IMG/VR virus record: IMGVR_UViG_3300012351_000007
Location: 21,699 to 85,698 of that record
From: a virus
Length of the DNA stretch: 64,000 nucleotides
Strand: one strand, 5' to 3'
Below the pieces are notes generated by a model. That model did no database searches. It saw nothing but the letters and a program-made list of their open reading frames with translations, and was not told where the DNA came from. The number at the start of each line of letters is the position of its first letter. The stretch's first letter is position 1. Positions 1 through 9,656 of the stretch are shown in pieces. The translations under genes and the position numbers were made by a program.

Positions 1-85
1 GACTGAACGACGAGACGGCCAGCGGCAACTCGTCCGAGATGACGCCGGTCAGGGCATCTGCGAACCAGTAGCGGTAGACAGCCAT
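1..85 (-). CDS. Minor tail protein, N-terminus only (truncated by window edge)
   Basis: ATG at 85 abuts the stop of the upstream gene; reads MAVYRYWFADALTGVISDELPLAAVSFS, typical of actinophage tail-tip proteins. Confidence 0.6.
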   Translation of the reverse strand, partial: MAVYRYWFADALTGVISDELPLAVSSFS

Positions 86-415
86 CTATAGGTACGTGAC
101 ATGCGAGTCGGACCACTCGCCCGGCTGGTAGGTCACCAGCTGCGGCTGATTCGACGGCGACGCCGGCCTGCCGTACACGTAGGGCCGCTGAACCGCAACC
201 ACCCCACCGACGGGAACGGTCACCCTCTCACCGAACGGCGGGTTGAGCTGCTGCCACGAGACGGTCTGCCCGGTCGGATCCCACGTCGGCCGGGTGTTCC
301 AGCCCGTCGTGTCCATCGACGAGAACACGCCGTCGACATCGGCTTGGGTGGTGGTGGCGTCAACGGCCAACTTCGCCCACCGCGTCGGCTGGTACTGAAA
401 CTCCGCAACAGCCAC
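86..415 (-). CDS. Hypothetical tail-region protein (109 aa)
   Basis: Good RBS (GAGGGGGG), located in the tail operon. Confidence 0.65.
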   Translation of the reverse strand: MAVAEFQYQPTRWAKLAVDATTTQADVDGVFSSMDTTGWNTRPTWDPTGQTVSWQQLNPPFGERVTVPVGGVVAVQRPYVYGRPASPSNQPQLVTYQPGEWSDSHVTYL

Positions 416-436
416 TGCGAGCCCCCCTCTTCGGTG

Positions 437-1546
437 TCAGGCAACTTGGCGGATGGTCAGCGTGGAGCCGCGCAGCGCCCACGAGGTGCCGCCCGCAACC
501 CCCTGCGCCGCCTGCAGCTTGAACGTCCCGGCGGTGCCGGCGGTTGAGACGACACCGGCGAAACGGGCCTGGGAGAAGTTGGACGGCCCGCTGCCGTAGG
601 CGCCGAGGCCGACCGTCGCCGCCCCGCCCTGCTGCCAGTTGTTGTAGACCGCCCCGGAGGCGTAGGCGAGCCCGTACTCGCCTACGTCGTTGCGGGAGCC
701 GGTCGGGGCAACTACCTGGGTGGCGAGACCTGCTGCGCTTGTGGCCAACACGCCCAGGTTGATCTCAAAGAGGTACTGGGAGTTGGCGTCCACGCCCGCG
801 GATAGGCCGGTCACGTCCCCTGGAGTGGTGGTGGTGAATCCCACGTCGGCGGCGACGGTCAGGGTGTGCGGGTTGCGCATCCACTTGTTGAGGCTGCCGG
901 TGCGGAACGTGTACGCCAGGGCGGTGTCGAGTTCCCAGCCGGGTTGGCCGTCCATCATCGACGACGGCCGAGCGGTGCTGACGAAGGGGAGCACCCCGCC
1001 GAGGGAGGCGCAGAAGGTCCGCTTGTCGGTGATGGTTCCCCCACCACCACCGCCGATGTTCGTCACCGTAGCCGGTACCGAAATTTGGGCAATGGTGAAG
1101 TACGACGCGTCGGTTGGCAGGGCCGGGGTTCCGGAACCGGCGGTGCCGGTGATGACGACCACGTTCCCGTCGCGCTGCCCCGACGTGTCCACGTTGGCGT
1201 CGCGGATCCGCACCACGATCAGGTCGGTGCGGGACAGGGTGGCGTGGGCCGCGGAGATGGTCAGGTTGGTCAGGGTGTCCAGCGCCCACGTGTAGGCGCC
1301 CTGCGTGGAGGAGATCGAACCCTGAGCAACGAAGACGCCCGTGTTGACCTTCACGGTCATGTTGGGGCTACTTTGCGCCTGCACCAACAGGTCAGTGCCG
1401 CTTCCCGACAGCCGCACCCCGGAGTAGACGCCGAGGGACGCGCCGGCCCCCGCGAAGTGCGGCAGGACCGTCGCCAACCGCAACTCCTGCCCGGAGTACG
1501 ACGGCAAGCCGGCCGCGTTATCTATCGCCCAAGGGTCAACGGCCAC
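437..1546 (-). CDS. Minor tail / baseplate-fibre protein (369 aa)
   Basis: GAGGAGG RBS; VQAQSSPNMTVKV...RTDLIVVRIRD...IAQISVPA...ITDKR pattern typical of actinophage minor tail proteins; beta-rich C-terminus. Confidence 0.75.
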   Translation of the reverse strand: MAVDPWAIDNAAGLPSYSGQELRLATVLPHFAGAGASLGVYSGVRLSGSGTDLLVQAQSSPNMTVKVNTGVFVAQGSISSTQGAYTWALDTLTNLTISAAHATLSRTDLIVVRIRDANVDTSGQRDGNVVVITGTAGSGTPALPTDASYFTIAQISVPATVTNIGGGGGGTITDKRTFCASLGGVLPFVSTARPSSMMDGQPGWELDTALAYTFRTGSLNKWMRNPHTLTVAADVGFTTTTPGDVTGLSAGVDANSQYLFEINLGVLATSAAGLATQVVAPTGSRNDVGEYGLAYASGAVYNNWQQGGAATVGLGAYGSGPSNFSQARFAGVVSTAGTAGTFKLQAAQGVAGGTSWALRGSTLTIRQVA

Positions 1547-1603
1547 GGGCCCTCCTCGGTGCTCGAAACGTCAAGGAGGGCTCAGACGGTCAGGGCTAGG
1601 GAG

Positions 1604-2494
1604 CTACAGCCACGCTGACCGGTAGCGGATCACCGCCGCTCCGGCACCACCGCCGGCCGTGTAGGCGATGTCGTTGCCGCCTGGGGCCAACTCCCACCAC
1701 GCCGCCGTTGAGGTCAGGGTGTTGGCTCGCGAAGCGGTGCCGTTGAGTAGCACCGTCCGGCGGTCGAAGTCGATGGCCAGGTAGTCACCCGACGCGATGG
1801 TGATCGTGAACGAGAGCGTTTTCATGGCCGTCACGTTGGCGATCTGCGGATCGACCAGAGGGCCGTTCAGGTACGCGATCGGCCGGGTGGCGACGGTGCC
1901 GGCGTTAGTCAGCGTCGCCGAGCTCGTCGACAGCCCAGATGTGGACAGGGTGAACGGCGCCGTCAACGGCACCTGCACCCCACCCGTGGCCCCGGTCGGC
2001 GGAAACAGGGTGACCACCGTCTCGGTGTCGGCGTAGCGGCGCGGATCCGGGCACTTGAGCTGGATCTGCCAGTCGAACGCCACCTCGGAAAGTCCGGACA
2101 CCTTCGTCGCCGCGTTCAGGCGCACGCCCGCGCGGCGTGTTGGTCGGCCCGGCTCCGTTACCTGCAGGGTGTACAGATGGGCGGGGTCGTAGCAGATCGA
2201 CGACACGATGTCCCGGGCGAGTAGTGCTGTGGTCTGGTCGAGGGCAATCGCGGACCCGGCGATGGTTATCATGCGGGTGCCCAGCCAGGTCGGCCCGTCG
2301 AACTGGCCGTGGTCCTGCGGTCGGTCCTGCCCGGTGAGTCGCACATCCGGGGAGCCGTTCCAGCCGTCGAGGGTGGACGCCCACCATTCGGTTCCCTGGC
2401 CGTCAACTGCGGGTACCGTCCAGTTGTCCAGGGTGATGTAGTACGGGGTGAGAGTGGCGTAGGAGACGGGCCGGTAAACGATCGGCAGGGTCAT
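1604..2494 (-). CDS. Distal tail (Dit-like) protein
   Basis: Directly follows the tape measure gene; CPDPRRY, NAGTVATRP and WWELAPGGN...YRSAWL motifs. Confidence 0.8.
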   Translation of the reverse strand: MTLPIVYRPVSYATLTPYYITLDNWTVPAVDGQGTEWWASTLDGWNGSPDVRLTGQDRPQDHGQFDGPTWLGTRMITIAGSAIALDQTTALLARDIVSSICYDPAHLYTLQVTEPGRPTRRAGVRLNAATKVSGLSEVAFDWQIQLKCPDPRRYADTETVVTLFPPTGATGGVQVPLTAPFTLSTSGLSTSSATLTNAGTVATRPIAYLNGPLVDPQIANVTAMKTLSFTITIASGDYLAIDFDRRTVLLNGTASRANTLTSTAAWWELAPGGNDIAYTAGGGAGAAVIRYRSAWL

Positions 2495-2510
2495 CGCTCA
2501 CCCTCCGCCG

Positions 2511-5500
2511 CTAGTGGAACTGCCACGCCATCTCGTGACTGACCGCCGCCGCTATCTCCGCTGGGCTGTGATCGGGCTGCGGGTAGACGGGGATGGTGAT
2601 GTTCGGCCCGTCCGACCCGATCCGGCGGACCTGCTCGTCGGTGAGCACGAACTCGTTGCGGCCGGTGTCGTTGCGGGCGATCGTCAACCCGGGCGGCAGG
2701 ATGCCGCCCCCGTCGAAGTGGCCGACGTGGGCGAACGAGGAGACGGAGGTGACACCCCGACCGACAACGAACCCGTCACCGCCCCTGGACTCGAACGGCA
2801 GGCCCGCGAACACGCCCGCGGTGTGGCCCACCGAGCTGCCGCCCGGACCACGCTCGCCCGGGTTGGTCCAGCCAGCGGTGAAGATGCCGCCGAAGCCGCG
2901 CAGCGGGAAGTAGGGTGCCTCGTTCATGGTGGAGAACTGGTGTACGTACGGGGATTGACCATGCGCCAACCGCCATACAGCTGAGGTCGCACCGCTGCAG
3001 TCGTAGCCTCTTGGCCCCGCACTGGCCCAGATGTACGGCTTACCCGCCTGCGCCCGGATCCATGCCTGGATCCCGGCGATGTTGCCCGAGATGGGTCCGG
3101 TGAACGCTGGCCCGTAGAACACGGCCGCCCGCAGTTCGTCGGGGGTCGGCTTCCATAGGTTGGCAATGTTCACCGGGAACGGCCAAACGACAGGGCCGCC
3201 GCGCGCGAACGCGAGACCGCCGGACCCGTCGCCCGGGTAGCGGGTCTGCGGCGGCTTCAACATCCCGGCAAGCACCGCGTTGCGCAAGGCGGTGACCGCC
3301 GAATGCCCACCGGCCGCCTTCACCTCATCGGCGGTCCAGATGTGTTCGTCCAACGACAGCCGGTACCGCACGCCGGGGATCGGCCCGAGCGCCGGGATCG
3401 AATCGGAGGTGGTGGTGCCGGACCCGTAGACGGGTCCGCCTGTGGCGTGCCCGCCGACATCGGCCCGCCCGCCTGCGGTCGGGTTCTGCTCCCGCCAGAT
3501 CCTCGTGGCGGTGGGCACGTCGACACCTTGCCGTAGCGAGATCTGGGCGATCTCCAGGTTCTTCAACTGGTCCAGGGCACCCTGCACACCGGACACCTGA
3601 ACCTGGGTTGACACGTCGGTGGGTACCCGGCCGTAGGTGTCGATTAGGTGGTTGACCTGACCGGAGTCCAGGCCCAACTGCTTGGCCTGCTCCTTGATCG
3701 TCCTGATCTGGTTGTCGTGTTTGGCGGTGGCCTCTTCCACGGCGGTGCCGTTGCGGACCTGCGCGAAGTACTCGTCGTCGGCGGCCTTGAGTAGGTTCTT
3801 CACCGCGTCGTAGTTGTCCCGCGCCGACTGAGTGTTCAGGCCGATGTCGTGGGAGCCCTGCTGGACGGACTGGCTTAGCCGGTCCTGGGCGGCCTTGAAA
3901 TCCTCAGCGGCTTGGTCGGCGGAACGCATCGCACCGAACAGGGCGTCGTCGGCCTGCTTGAGCGCGTCGGCCTTTTGCGCGGCTGTCGATGTCCGGTCGG
4001 CGAGCACGTTGAGGGCGTTACCGAGGGCCGCCTGCGCGGCGGTCTGCTTGTACGCCGAGTCGGCCGCCTTGTCCTGCTGCCCGGCGAGGATGGCCTCCAC
4101 CTGGGCGTTGTCGTTGATCTGGCCGTAGGTGCTTTTCAACGCGTCGCGTAGTTGCCGTTCCCGGTTGAGCTGCTTGAGGCCAGCGTCGGACAGCGAGAAG
4201 TTGGAGAACTGCTCCTCGTCCTTCTTGATTTTCGCGTCGAGGGCGGCGGTCACCTCGTCCTGGGCGCCCTTCTCGCCCTTGAGTGCCCGCACCAGCGCGT
4301 CGCTGGTGATGCCGTAGTCGCCGGCCAGCCGGACTGCCCGGGAGAAGTCCTCATTCCCCTCGACGATTGACTTCACGGTGTCCTTGTTGGCGCCGCCGGC
4401 CGCATTGAGGGCGGTGTGCAGCGCGACCATGGCCCGGGTGAGTTCCTCGGTGCGTGCCCGCTGCGCGGCGAGGGCGGAACTGACGGCGGTGAACGCGATG
4501 AACGCGCCCGCCACGGCCAACCCGATGACGCCTCCGGTGCCGAGCCCCGACGCGAGTTGACTCAGCGCCCCACCGGCGCCCTGCGCCCCGCCCTTGATGC
4601 CTGCCAGGGCGGTGCCGAACGTGCCGAACGAACCGGAGGTGCCGGCCATCGCCGTACCGGCACCGGCGACCGACGCGTTGTAGATCCGCTGGGCGGCGGC
4701 CCAGATGGGCAGGAGGGTGACCTGGGCCGCTTGGATGGCCTGCCACGCCTTCATGGCCACCACAACACCGGAGATTGTCCCGACGAGGACGGTCAGCACC
4801 GGGATCGGCAGGACGTTGATGACATCGGCGAGCAGCCGGATCGTGGTGATGACGACCCCGCCGACCGGCTGCGCGGCCTCGGCGATTCGCCCGACGGCCA
4901 CCACCAGTTGGCCGAGGACGGCTATCACGATGGGGGTTTCGGTGCGGATGTAGCCGAGCAGGTTCTGGAAGCCGGTGTTGTGTTCCAGGCTGGTGCCCCA
5001 GTAGGCGAACCGTTCCGATAGGTACAGCAGGCCCTGGCCGAAGTTCTGCCCGATGGGTAGGACCGCCCGGACCAGCCCGGAAACCCCGACAGCGGCGTTG
5101 GCGGCGGCAGGCGCGAATATGATCAGCGCCGTGTTGGCCTCCCCCGCCATGAAGTGGAAGAACGACTGCCAGTAGGGGGCGGCGAGTGCCCTTCCCGCCT
5201 CGGCGGCAAGGTTGCCCATGGTGCGGGAAAGGGTGCCGACATCGCCGATGATCTGGGGCATGACCGGCAGCAGCGCCGAAATGCCGGTCTGCAACCCGGG
5301 CAGGAACCCGGCCTGCGCGGCGGCGGTCAGGTCCAGCCACACCGGCTTCAGCGAGTACAGGAAGGTGGCGAACGCCTGACCCTCCGGGGACAGAGCGGCC
5401 ATCTTCTGCCGCAGCGTGTCCATCGCCGACGACCCGGCGGTGCCGGCGGCGACGGTGGCCTGCTGCAGCGACCGTTGCGCCGACACCACACCCTGCGACG

Positions 5501-6863
5501 CCTGCGCGATGGCGAAAGCGTTCTGCCGAGCCGTGTTGCCTTCGGCGATGCGGGCATCCGACAGCGCCTGGGTGGCCTTACGCACCTGATCCTGCGACTG
5601 GGTGACCCGATCCTGGGCGGCCACCACCTGCTGGGAGCCGTTGACGCCCTGGCGCTGCGCGGTGGCCAGATCCTGCTGGGCCCGCTGCTGCCGGATACCC
5701 AGGTCGGTGATCTGCTGCTTGGCCTGGTCGTACTGGAGTTGCGCTTCCTGCCGGGCCAGCTGCGACGACGCCGGGTTCGCCCGGACCGCCTGCAGGTTCA
5801 GTTCGGCCTTCGTCAGGTCGATCTGCGCCTGCCGCTGCGACAGGGTCCCGTCGGCGACCTGGGTGGCGAGGTCTTCCATCGCCCGGCGGGCCGACTCCCG
5901 GGCCCGGGTCAGGTCCTGCTCGGCGAGCAACGCGGCATGTTCGGCCTGGGTCAGGGACTGCTGCGCGGTGGTGACCGCCTCCGCAGCGCGACGCTGCGAG
6001 TCGGCGGCGTTGGCGCGGGTGTTGGCCAGGGACCGTTCAGCGGATGCGACCGCATCCTGCGCGGAGGCGACCTGCACCTGCCGGGACGCCAGTTGCACGG
6101 CGTCCTTGGCGGCGGCCTGGTCGGCGGTACCCATCGCCTTGACCGCATCGCCGATGCCGTGGGTGGCGAGCAGCACCACACCGAGGCCGGCGACGGCGCC
6201 CAACGCCCCGGCACCGATCCCGGCCACGGCGGCGGCGCAGGCGGCGGCGACGGGGATGATGCCCGGCCCGAGGGCCAGCCCGGCGGCGAGGAGCGCACCC
6301 ATGCCGCCCGACGAGCGGTCCGCCGCGCCCTTCACCGACTCGACTTCGGCGGCAGCCGAAGCGGCGTTGGTGTCGATGTGGACGTTCGGGTTCAGTCGCC
6401 CGATCTCGTGGACCTTCTCGATGAACAGGTCCAGTTCGGCGGTGGCTCGGGCGGTGTCGGCGGTTATCTGCGCCGAGGATGTGCCGGTGGACAGGCGGTC
6501 CAGTTCGGTCCGCAGTCCGGCGAGTTTGCGGTCCGCCTCGGACGTGTCGGCGCCGATCTTCGCGTTGGGTAGCGACTTGAGGGCGGCCTCGACGCGGCGG
6601 CGGAACGTGTCGGCGAAGGATCCGCCGGCCTGCTCCCCCGCCCTAGCGGCTTTGCCGGTGGCGTCGCGGGCGCCCTTGGCCACCCCGTCGCCGACTCCGG
6701 ATGCGATCCGGTCGGCCATCGCCTTGGCGATGATGGCACCGAGGTCGCTGCCGACCTTCGCGGCCTGCCCGGAGGTCTGCGCCTGGAATTTCGCGAAGAA
6801 GCCCTCACTTGAGGGCAATACATCGACGTATACCGATCCGGTGGAGGCGCCTTCGCTGGGCAT
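2511..6863 (-). CDS. Tape measure protein with C-terminal NlpC/P60-like peptidoglycan hydrolase domain
   Basis: 1450 aa, Ala/Gln-rich helical with hydrophobic segments; GSVYVDVLP N-terminus; YIWASAGPRGYDCSG...GHTA motif. Confidence 0.92.
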   Translation of the reverse strand: MPSEGASTGSVYVDVLPSSEGFFAKFQAQTSGQAAKVGSDLGAIIAKAMADRIASGVGDGVAKGARDATGKAARAGEQAGGSFADTFRRRVEAALKSLPNAKIGADTSEADRKLAGLRTELDRLSTGTSSAQITADTARATAELDLFIEKVHEIGRLNPNVHIDTNAASAAAEVESVKGAADRSSGGMGALLAAGLALGPGIIPVAAACAAAVAGIGAGALGAVAGLGVVLLATHGIGDAVKAMGTADQAAAKDAVQLASRQVQVASAQDAVASAERSLANTRANAADSQRRAAEAVTTAQQSLTQAEHAALLAEQDLTRARESARRAMEDLATQVADGTLSQRQAQIDLTKAELNLQAVRANPASSQLARQEAQLQYDQAKQQITDLGIRQQRAQQDLATAQRQGVNGSQQVVAAQDRVTQSQDQVRKATQALSDARIAEGNTARQNAFAIAQASQGVVSAQRSLQQATVAAGTAGSSAMDTLRQKMAALSPEGQAFATFLYSLKPVWLDLTAAAQAGFLPGLQTGISALLPVMPQIIGDVGTLSRTMGNLAAEAGRALAAPYWQSFFHFMAGEANTALIIFAPAAANAAVGVSGLVRAVLPIGQNFGQGLLYLSERFAYWGTSLEHNTGFQNLLGYIRTETPIVIAVLGQLVVAVGRIAEAAQPVGGVVITTIRLLADVINVLPIPVLTVLVGTISGVVVAMKAWQAIQAAQVTLLPIWAAAQRIYNASVAGAGTAMAGTSGSFGTFGTALAGIKGGAQGAGGALSQLASGLGTGGVIGLAVAGAFIAFTAVSSALAAQRARTEELTRAMVALHTALNAAGGANKDTVKSIVEGNEDFSRAVRLAGDYGITSDALVRALKGEKGAQDEVTAALDAKIKKDEEQFSNFSLSDAGLKQLNRERQLRDALKSTYGQINDNAQVEAILAGQQDKAADSAYKQTAAQAALGNALNVLADRTSTAAQKADALKQADDALFGAMRSADQAAEDFKAAQDRLSQSVQQGSHDIGLNTQSARDNYDAVKNLLKAADDEYFAQVRNGTAVEEATAKHDNQIRTIKEQAKQLGLDSGQVNHLIDTYGRVPTDVSTQVQVSGVQGALDQLKNLEIAQISLRQGVDVPTATRIWREQNPTAGGRADVGGHATGGPVYGSGTTTSDSIPALGPIPGVRYRLSLDEHIWTADEVKAAGGHSAVTALRNAVLAGMLKPPQTRYPGDGSGGLAFARGGPVVWPFPVNIANLWKPTPDELRAAVFYGPAFTGPISGNIAGIQAWIRAQAGKPYIWASAGPRGYDCSGATSAVWRLAHGQSPYVHQFSTMNEAPYFPLRGFGGIFTAGWTNPGERGPGGSSVGHTAGVFAGLPFESRGGDGFVVGRGVTSVSSFAHVGHFDGGGILPPGLTIARNDTGRNEFVLTDEQVRRIGSDGPNITIPVYPQPDHSPAEIAAAVSHEMAWQFH

Positions 6864-6866
6864 GAC

Positions 6867-7352
6867 TCACCCCGCCTCGGTGCCGTCCCCCAACGAGTAG
6901 CCGTGCAGTTCGGCGTGCTCGCGGCGGATTCGCGCCAGATAGGCGTGACCCTCCGGGGACAGCGCCCGCCGTCGCCGAGCCGGCAGGCCCGGCCGCGGCC
7001 ACGGCGCCGGTGGGTCCTTCAGTCGCATCCCCGACGCGACCACACCCAGCAGGTCGATGACCCGGGCAAGCAGCAGATCCGAATGCGACCAGCGGCCGTG
7101 CCCCTCCTGTGGCAGCCGGGCAATCTTCGCCAACTGCTCGTCGGGGATCTCGTCACGCTGCGCCGTCTTCGTCGCCGACTCACCCGGCAGGGCGTAGTCG
7201 ATGAGCACCTTCAACCGCCGATACGTCAGCCGCGCCGCGCCGCCGCCGGGGCGCCACAGGTCCCGCAGGTCGATGCCGCAGTAGCGTTGCAAGTCCGCTT
7301 CGACTTCGGCCACGTGGCTGGCGAGGACCGCCGTGACCGCGGCTATTCCCCC
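6867..7352 (-). CDS. Tail assembly chaperone, frameshifted (gpGT-like) C-terminal part
   Basis: VEADLQRYCGIDLRDLW motif; lies in the -1 frame relative to the upstream chaperone at the slippery site. Confidence 0.8.
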   Translation of the reverse strand, partial: GGIAAVTAVLASHVAEVEADLQRYCGIDLRDLWRPGGGAARLTYRRLKVLIDYALPGESATKTAQRDEIPDEQLAKIARLPQEGHGRWSHSDLLLARVIDLLGVVASGMRLKDPPAPWPRPGLPARRRRALSPEGHAYLARIRREHAELHGYSLGDGTEAG

Positions 7353-7717
7353 AGCGACTGCCCGACGGTGTTGGCCCAGGCGGTGAAGAACGCCCGCTGC
7401 TCCTTCAGGGTCGGGTTCAACTGCATCCACCGCATCGCATCAGCCGGCGACAGAGTCTGCTGCGCCCACGTCAGGTCGTCCTCGCGGTTGATGGCATGCC
7501 GGGCAATCGAGGTCCACTCCTCAACGGGCGGTACCCGCATGTCGTGAAAGCCGAGCCGGGTCGTGAGAGTGACCAGGATGGCCCCGTTCTCGTCGACCAG
7601 CCGTTCGGCGCGGGTCTCTGCCTCGGCCGCGTCCAGCGGGGTGACCGCCGCCGCGTTGCGCTTGGATGCCAGGTCGGCTGGTGGCTGCTCGGCGCGCGCC
7701 CTGCGTGGTGCTGCCAT
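7343..7717 (-). CDS. Tail assembly chaperone (gpG-like)
   Basis: Between major tail and TMP genes; ends ...LGE* on GGGGGAA. Confidence 0.85.
   Translation of the reverse strand: MAAPRRARAEQPPADLASKRNAAAVTPLDAAEAETRAERLVDENGAILVTLTTRLGFHDMRVPPVEEWTSIARHAINREDDLTWAQQTLSPADAMRWMQLNPTLKEQRAFFTAWANTVGQSLGE
7346..7352 (-). other. -1 programmed ribosomal frameshift site GGGGGAA
   Basis: CTG GGG GAA TAG at the chaperone end; the -1 frame is open to 6867. Confidence 0.85.
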
Positions 7718-8295
7718 CAGCCCAGCGCCGGAACGATGTCGTATGCCTGCACCGCGACACCGCTGGAGTTCGGGTAGGCGGTGAACGTGACCCCGTACAT
7801 GGCGGCGTCGGTGGTGGCGTACTTGATGTCCTTGCGGTCGGTGACCTCAAGTTGCGGGCAGTAGATTCGGTGGTGTGTGGTGCCGTCGATGATGTCGAAC
7901 ACCCCGGCCACCAACTGGCGGGTGTAGATGCCGAAGGTGTAGGAGAACGCGCCGGTACCCACGCCAGCGGTGAGGGTGTTGAACGCGATGCCGTAATACA
8001 GCTCCATAACGCGGAGATTCTTTTCGAGGAAGGTAATGTCGAACGTCACCGACGCATCGGTGATGATCTTCCGCTGGATCTGCAGCGACCCGTACGCCTT
8101 CACGTCCTTGCTCGACGTGTTCAGCTTCTCGGTGAGTCCGTCCTCCGAGACAAGGCCAGCGTTCTTCCATGCGGCCGCGAGCGCTGTCGTCGCGTCGGTA
8201 GGCGCGGTGGAGCCGGTGATGCCGAACCACGACAGTCCAGTGCCGTCGGCACCAGCGCCACTAGTGCCGACAAGAATGTTCCTGTTGTCTCCCAC
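7717..8295 (-). CDS. Major tail (tube) protein
   Basis: AGLVSEDGLTE...VKAYGS...FDITFLE...YGVTFTAYP pattern; AAAGGA RBS. Confidence 0.88.
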   Translation of the reverse strand: MGDNRNILVGTSGAGADGTGLSWFGITGSTAPTDATTALAAAWKNAGLVSEDGLTEKLNTSSKDVKAYGSLQIQRKIITDASVTFDITFLEKNLRVMELYYGIAFNTLTAGVGTGAFSYTFGIYTRQLVAGVFDIIDGTTHHRIYCPQLEVTDRKDIKYATTDAAMYGVTFTAYPNSSGVAVQAYDIVPALG

Positions 8296-8317
8296 GGCCC
8301 TTTAGTCCTTTCTCGGG

Positions 8318-8362
8318 CATGAAAAAGGCCCCGGCCGTGGCGGCTCAGGGCAGATGGCTCGG
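8318..8362 (-). terminator. Possible intrinsic terminator/attenuator upstream of the major tail gene
   Basis: GC-rich imperfect stem followed by CTTTTTCATG on the minus strand. Confidence 0.45.
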
Positions 8363-8376
8363 GTGGGTGGTGTCGG

Positions 8377-8451
8377 TTAGCCGATGCCGAGGGCGGCGTT
8401 AACGGCGGCGCAGACGTGCACAGCGACGTTGAGTACCAGGTTCAGCAGCAT
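8377..8451 (-). CDS. 24-aa hydrophobic micropeptide MLLNLVLNVAVHVCAAVNAALGIG
   Basis: ATG...TAA with GGAAGGA RBS and high GC3; below the ORF-track cutoff. Confidence 0.6.
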   Translation of the reverse strand: MLLNLVLNVAVHVCAAVNAALGIG

Positions 8452-8477
8452 GGGGTTCCTTCCGGTTCGGTTGGTTG

Positions 8478-8735
8478 TTACTCGGCAGCGGGCACTTCCA
8501 CGGCGCCCGCGTCGTCGGGCAGCGGCACATCCACGTAGCGCACCGCGGCGGCCGGCTCGTCGAGTTCCCGGGTGGCCTCCCAGTCGGCGCGTTCCTCGTC
8601 CGTGGGCTGCCGGGCTTCCCCGGTGCCGAGCATCACCCGGCCCAGCTCGTCGGGCACCTCCTCCAGATTCCCGATGCGGGTCAGGTCGGGGCCGAGTTTC
8701 GCGGCGTCCGGGACGTAGACGATGTGGACGAGCAT
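8478..8735 (-). CDS. Hypothetical protein (85 aa)
   Basis: AAGGAG RBS, in operon. Confidence 0.7.
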   Translation of the reverse strand: MLVHIVYVPDAAKLGPDLTRIGNLEEVPDELGRVMLGTGEARQPTDEERADWEATRELDEPAAAVRYVDVPLPDDAGAVEVPAAE

Positions 8736-8763
8736 TCGCCCGGACTCCTTCGCTTCGGTGGGG

Positions 8764-9102
8764 TTAGATCTTCATGCTGTCGATGGCACGGCCAAGGATG
8801 CGGCGCCTGACGATGTACCGTGTGCCTCTTTCAAGGGCCAGGGGATATGGAAATCCGGTCTGCGGATTCCTGGCCGTGTTCGCCAGCCTCGCCCGCGCCT
8901 TCCCATCGACCACGCCGCCCGTGACAACCCAGGAGGCTTTCATCCGGCCGGTGTCCACCGGGGTGATCGCCTCGGCCCGTTCCTTGCCCTTCTCGGCGAC
9001 CTTCCGCAGCGCCTCGACCAACCACGGCGCGCGGAGCATCTCGGCTATCCCGGCGGGGGACTCTTGGTAGGAGACGGCCATACCGCTGATCCCTCCTCCC
9101 AC
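8764..9102 (-). CDS. HK97 gp10-like head-tail/tail completion protein
   Basis: TPVDTGRMKASW and YPLALERGT motifs. Confidence 0.85.
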   Translation of the reverse strand: MGGGISGMAVSYQESPAGIAEMLRAPWLVEALRKVAEKGKERAEAITPVDTGRMKASWVVTGGVVDGKARARLANTARNPQTGFPYPLALERGTRYIVRRRILGRAIDSMKI

Positions 9103-9239
9103 AGCAATCCGGCGCAGTCGGCGACGAAGCAGTCGTGCTTGTTGGTGCTGCGGTGTGGCCGTTCACCTTCGGTGAGTGCGTGCCATGCGACCCAGACATC
9201 GGCCGCGGCAAGACGCTGTTCGGCCTCCACCGCGCCCCC

Positions 9240-9647
9240 TCAAAGGTTGAGGTTGTGGGCGTGCAAGCTGATCCGGTAGGCGGCGGTGGCCCGGCGCAGC
9301 TGCGAGTTGTCCCACGGGGCGATGCTCGGCGCCGAGATGGTCTGCACCCTCGACACGGTGACCGACCCCAACGTCACATCGGCGAACGTGGTCGCCGGCA
9401 GGGTCACCCGCAGCGCCTTGCGTACCTGCTCCGCGAGGGTCTTCGCCGCGGCCCGGGACACGTGGAACACGTCCACATCGACGTTGGCCTGATCCAAGGT
9501 GATCGTGTCGTCGGCGCCGCCGAAACGTTCCACGGCGATCGTCGGCAGTACAAACTCCAGGTTGTACGGCAGTTCCGGGATCACGCTGTCGACGTGGAGG
9601 GTGGTTTTCAGCCAGCCGCACAGCAGGGTTTCGACATCCCGGTACAC
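9240..9647 (-). CDS. Tail terminator/completion protein
   Basis: DVETLLCGWL, VERFGGADD, VDVDVFH motifs. Confidence 0.8.
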   Translation of the reverse strand: MYRDVETLLCGWLKTTLHVDSVIPELPYNLEFVLPTIAVERFGGADDTITLDQANVDVDVFHVSRAAAKTLAEQVRKALRVTLPATTFADVTLGSVTVSRVQTISAPSIAPWDNSQLRRATAAYRISLHAHNLNL

Positions 9648-9656
9648 CCGACCCCC

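Noticed and set aside
1-2500. Diversity-generating retroelement or invertible tail-fibre cassette
   Set aside because: No reverse transcriptase, template/variable repeat pair or flanking inverted sites seen in the window
5154-6900. Long plus-strand ORFs opposite TMP (and similar ones opposite capsid, DnaB and exonuclease)
   Set aside because: Antisense shadow ORFs typical of high-GC coding DNA; no motifs or RBS
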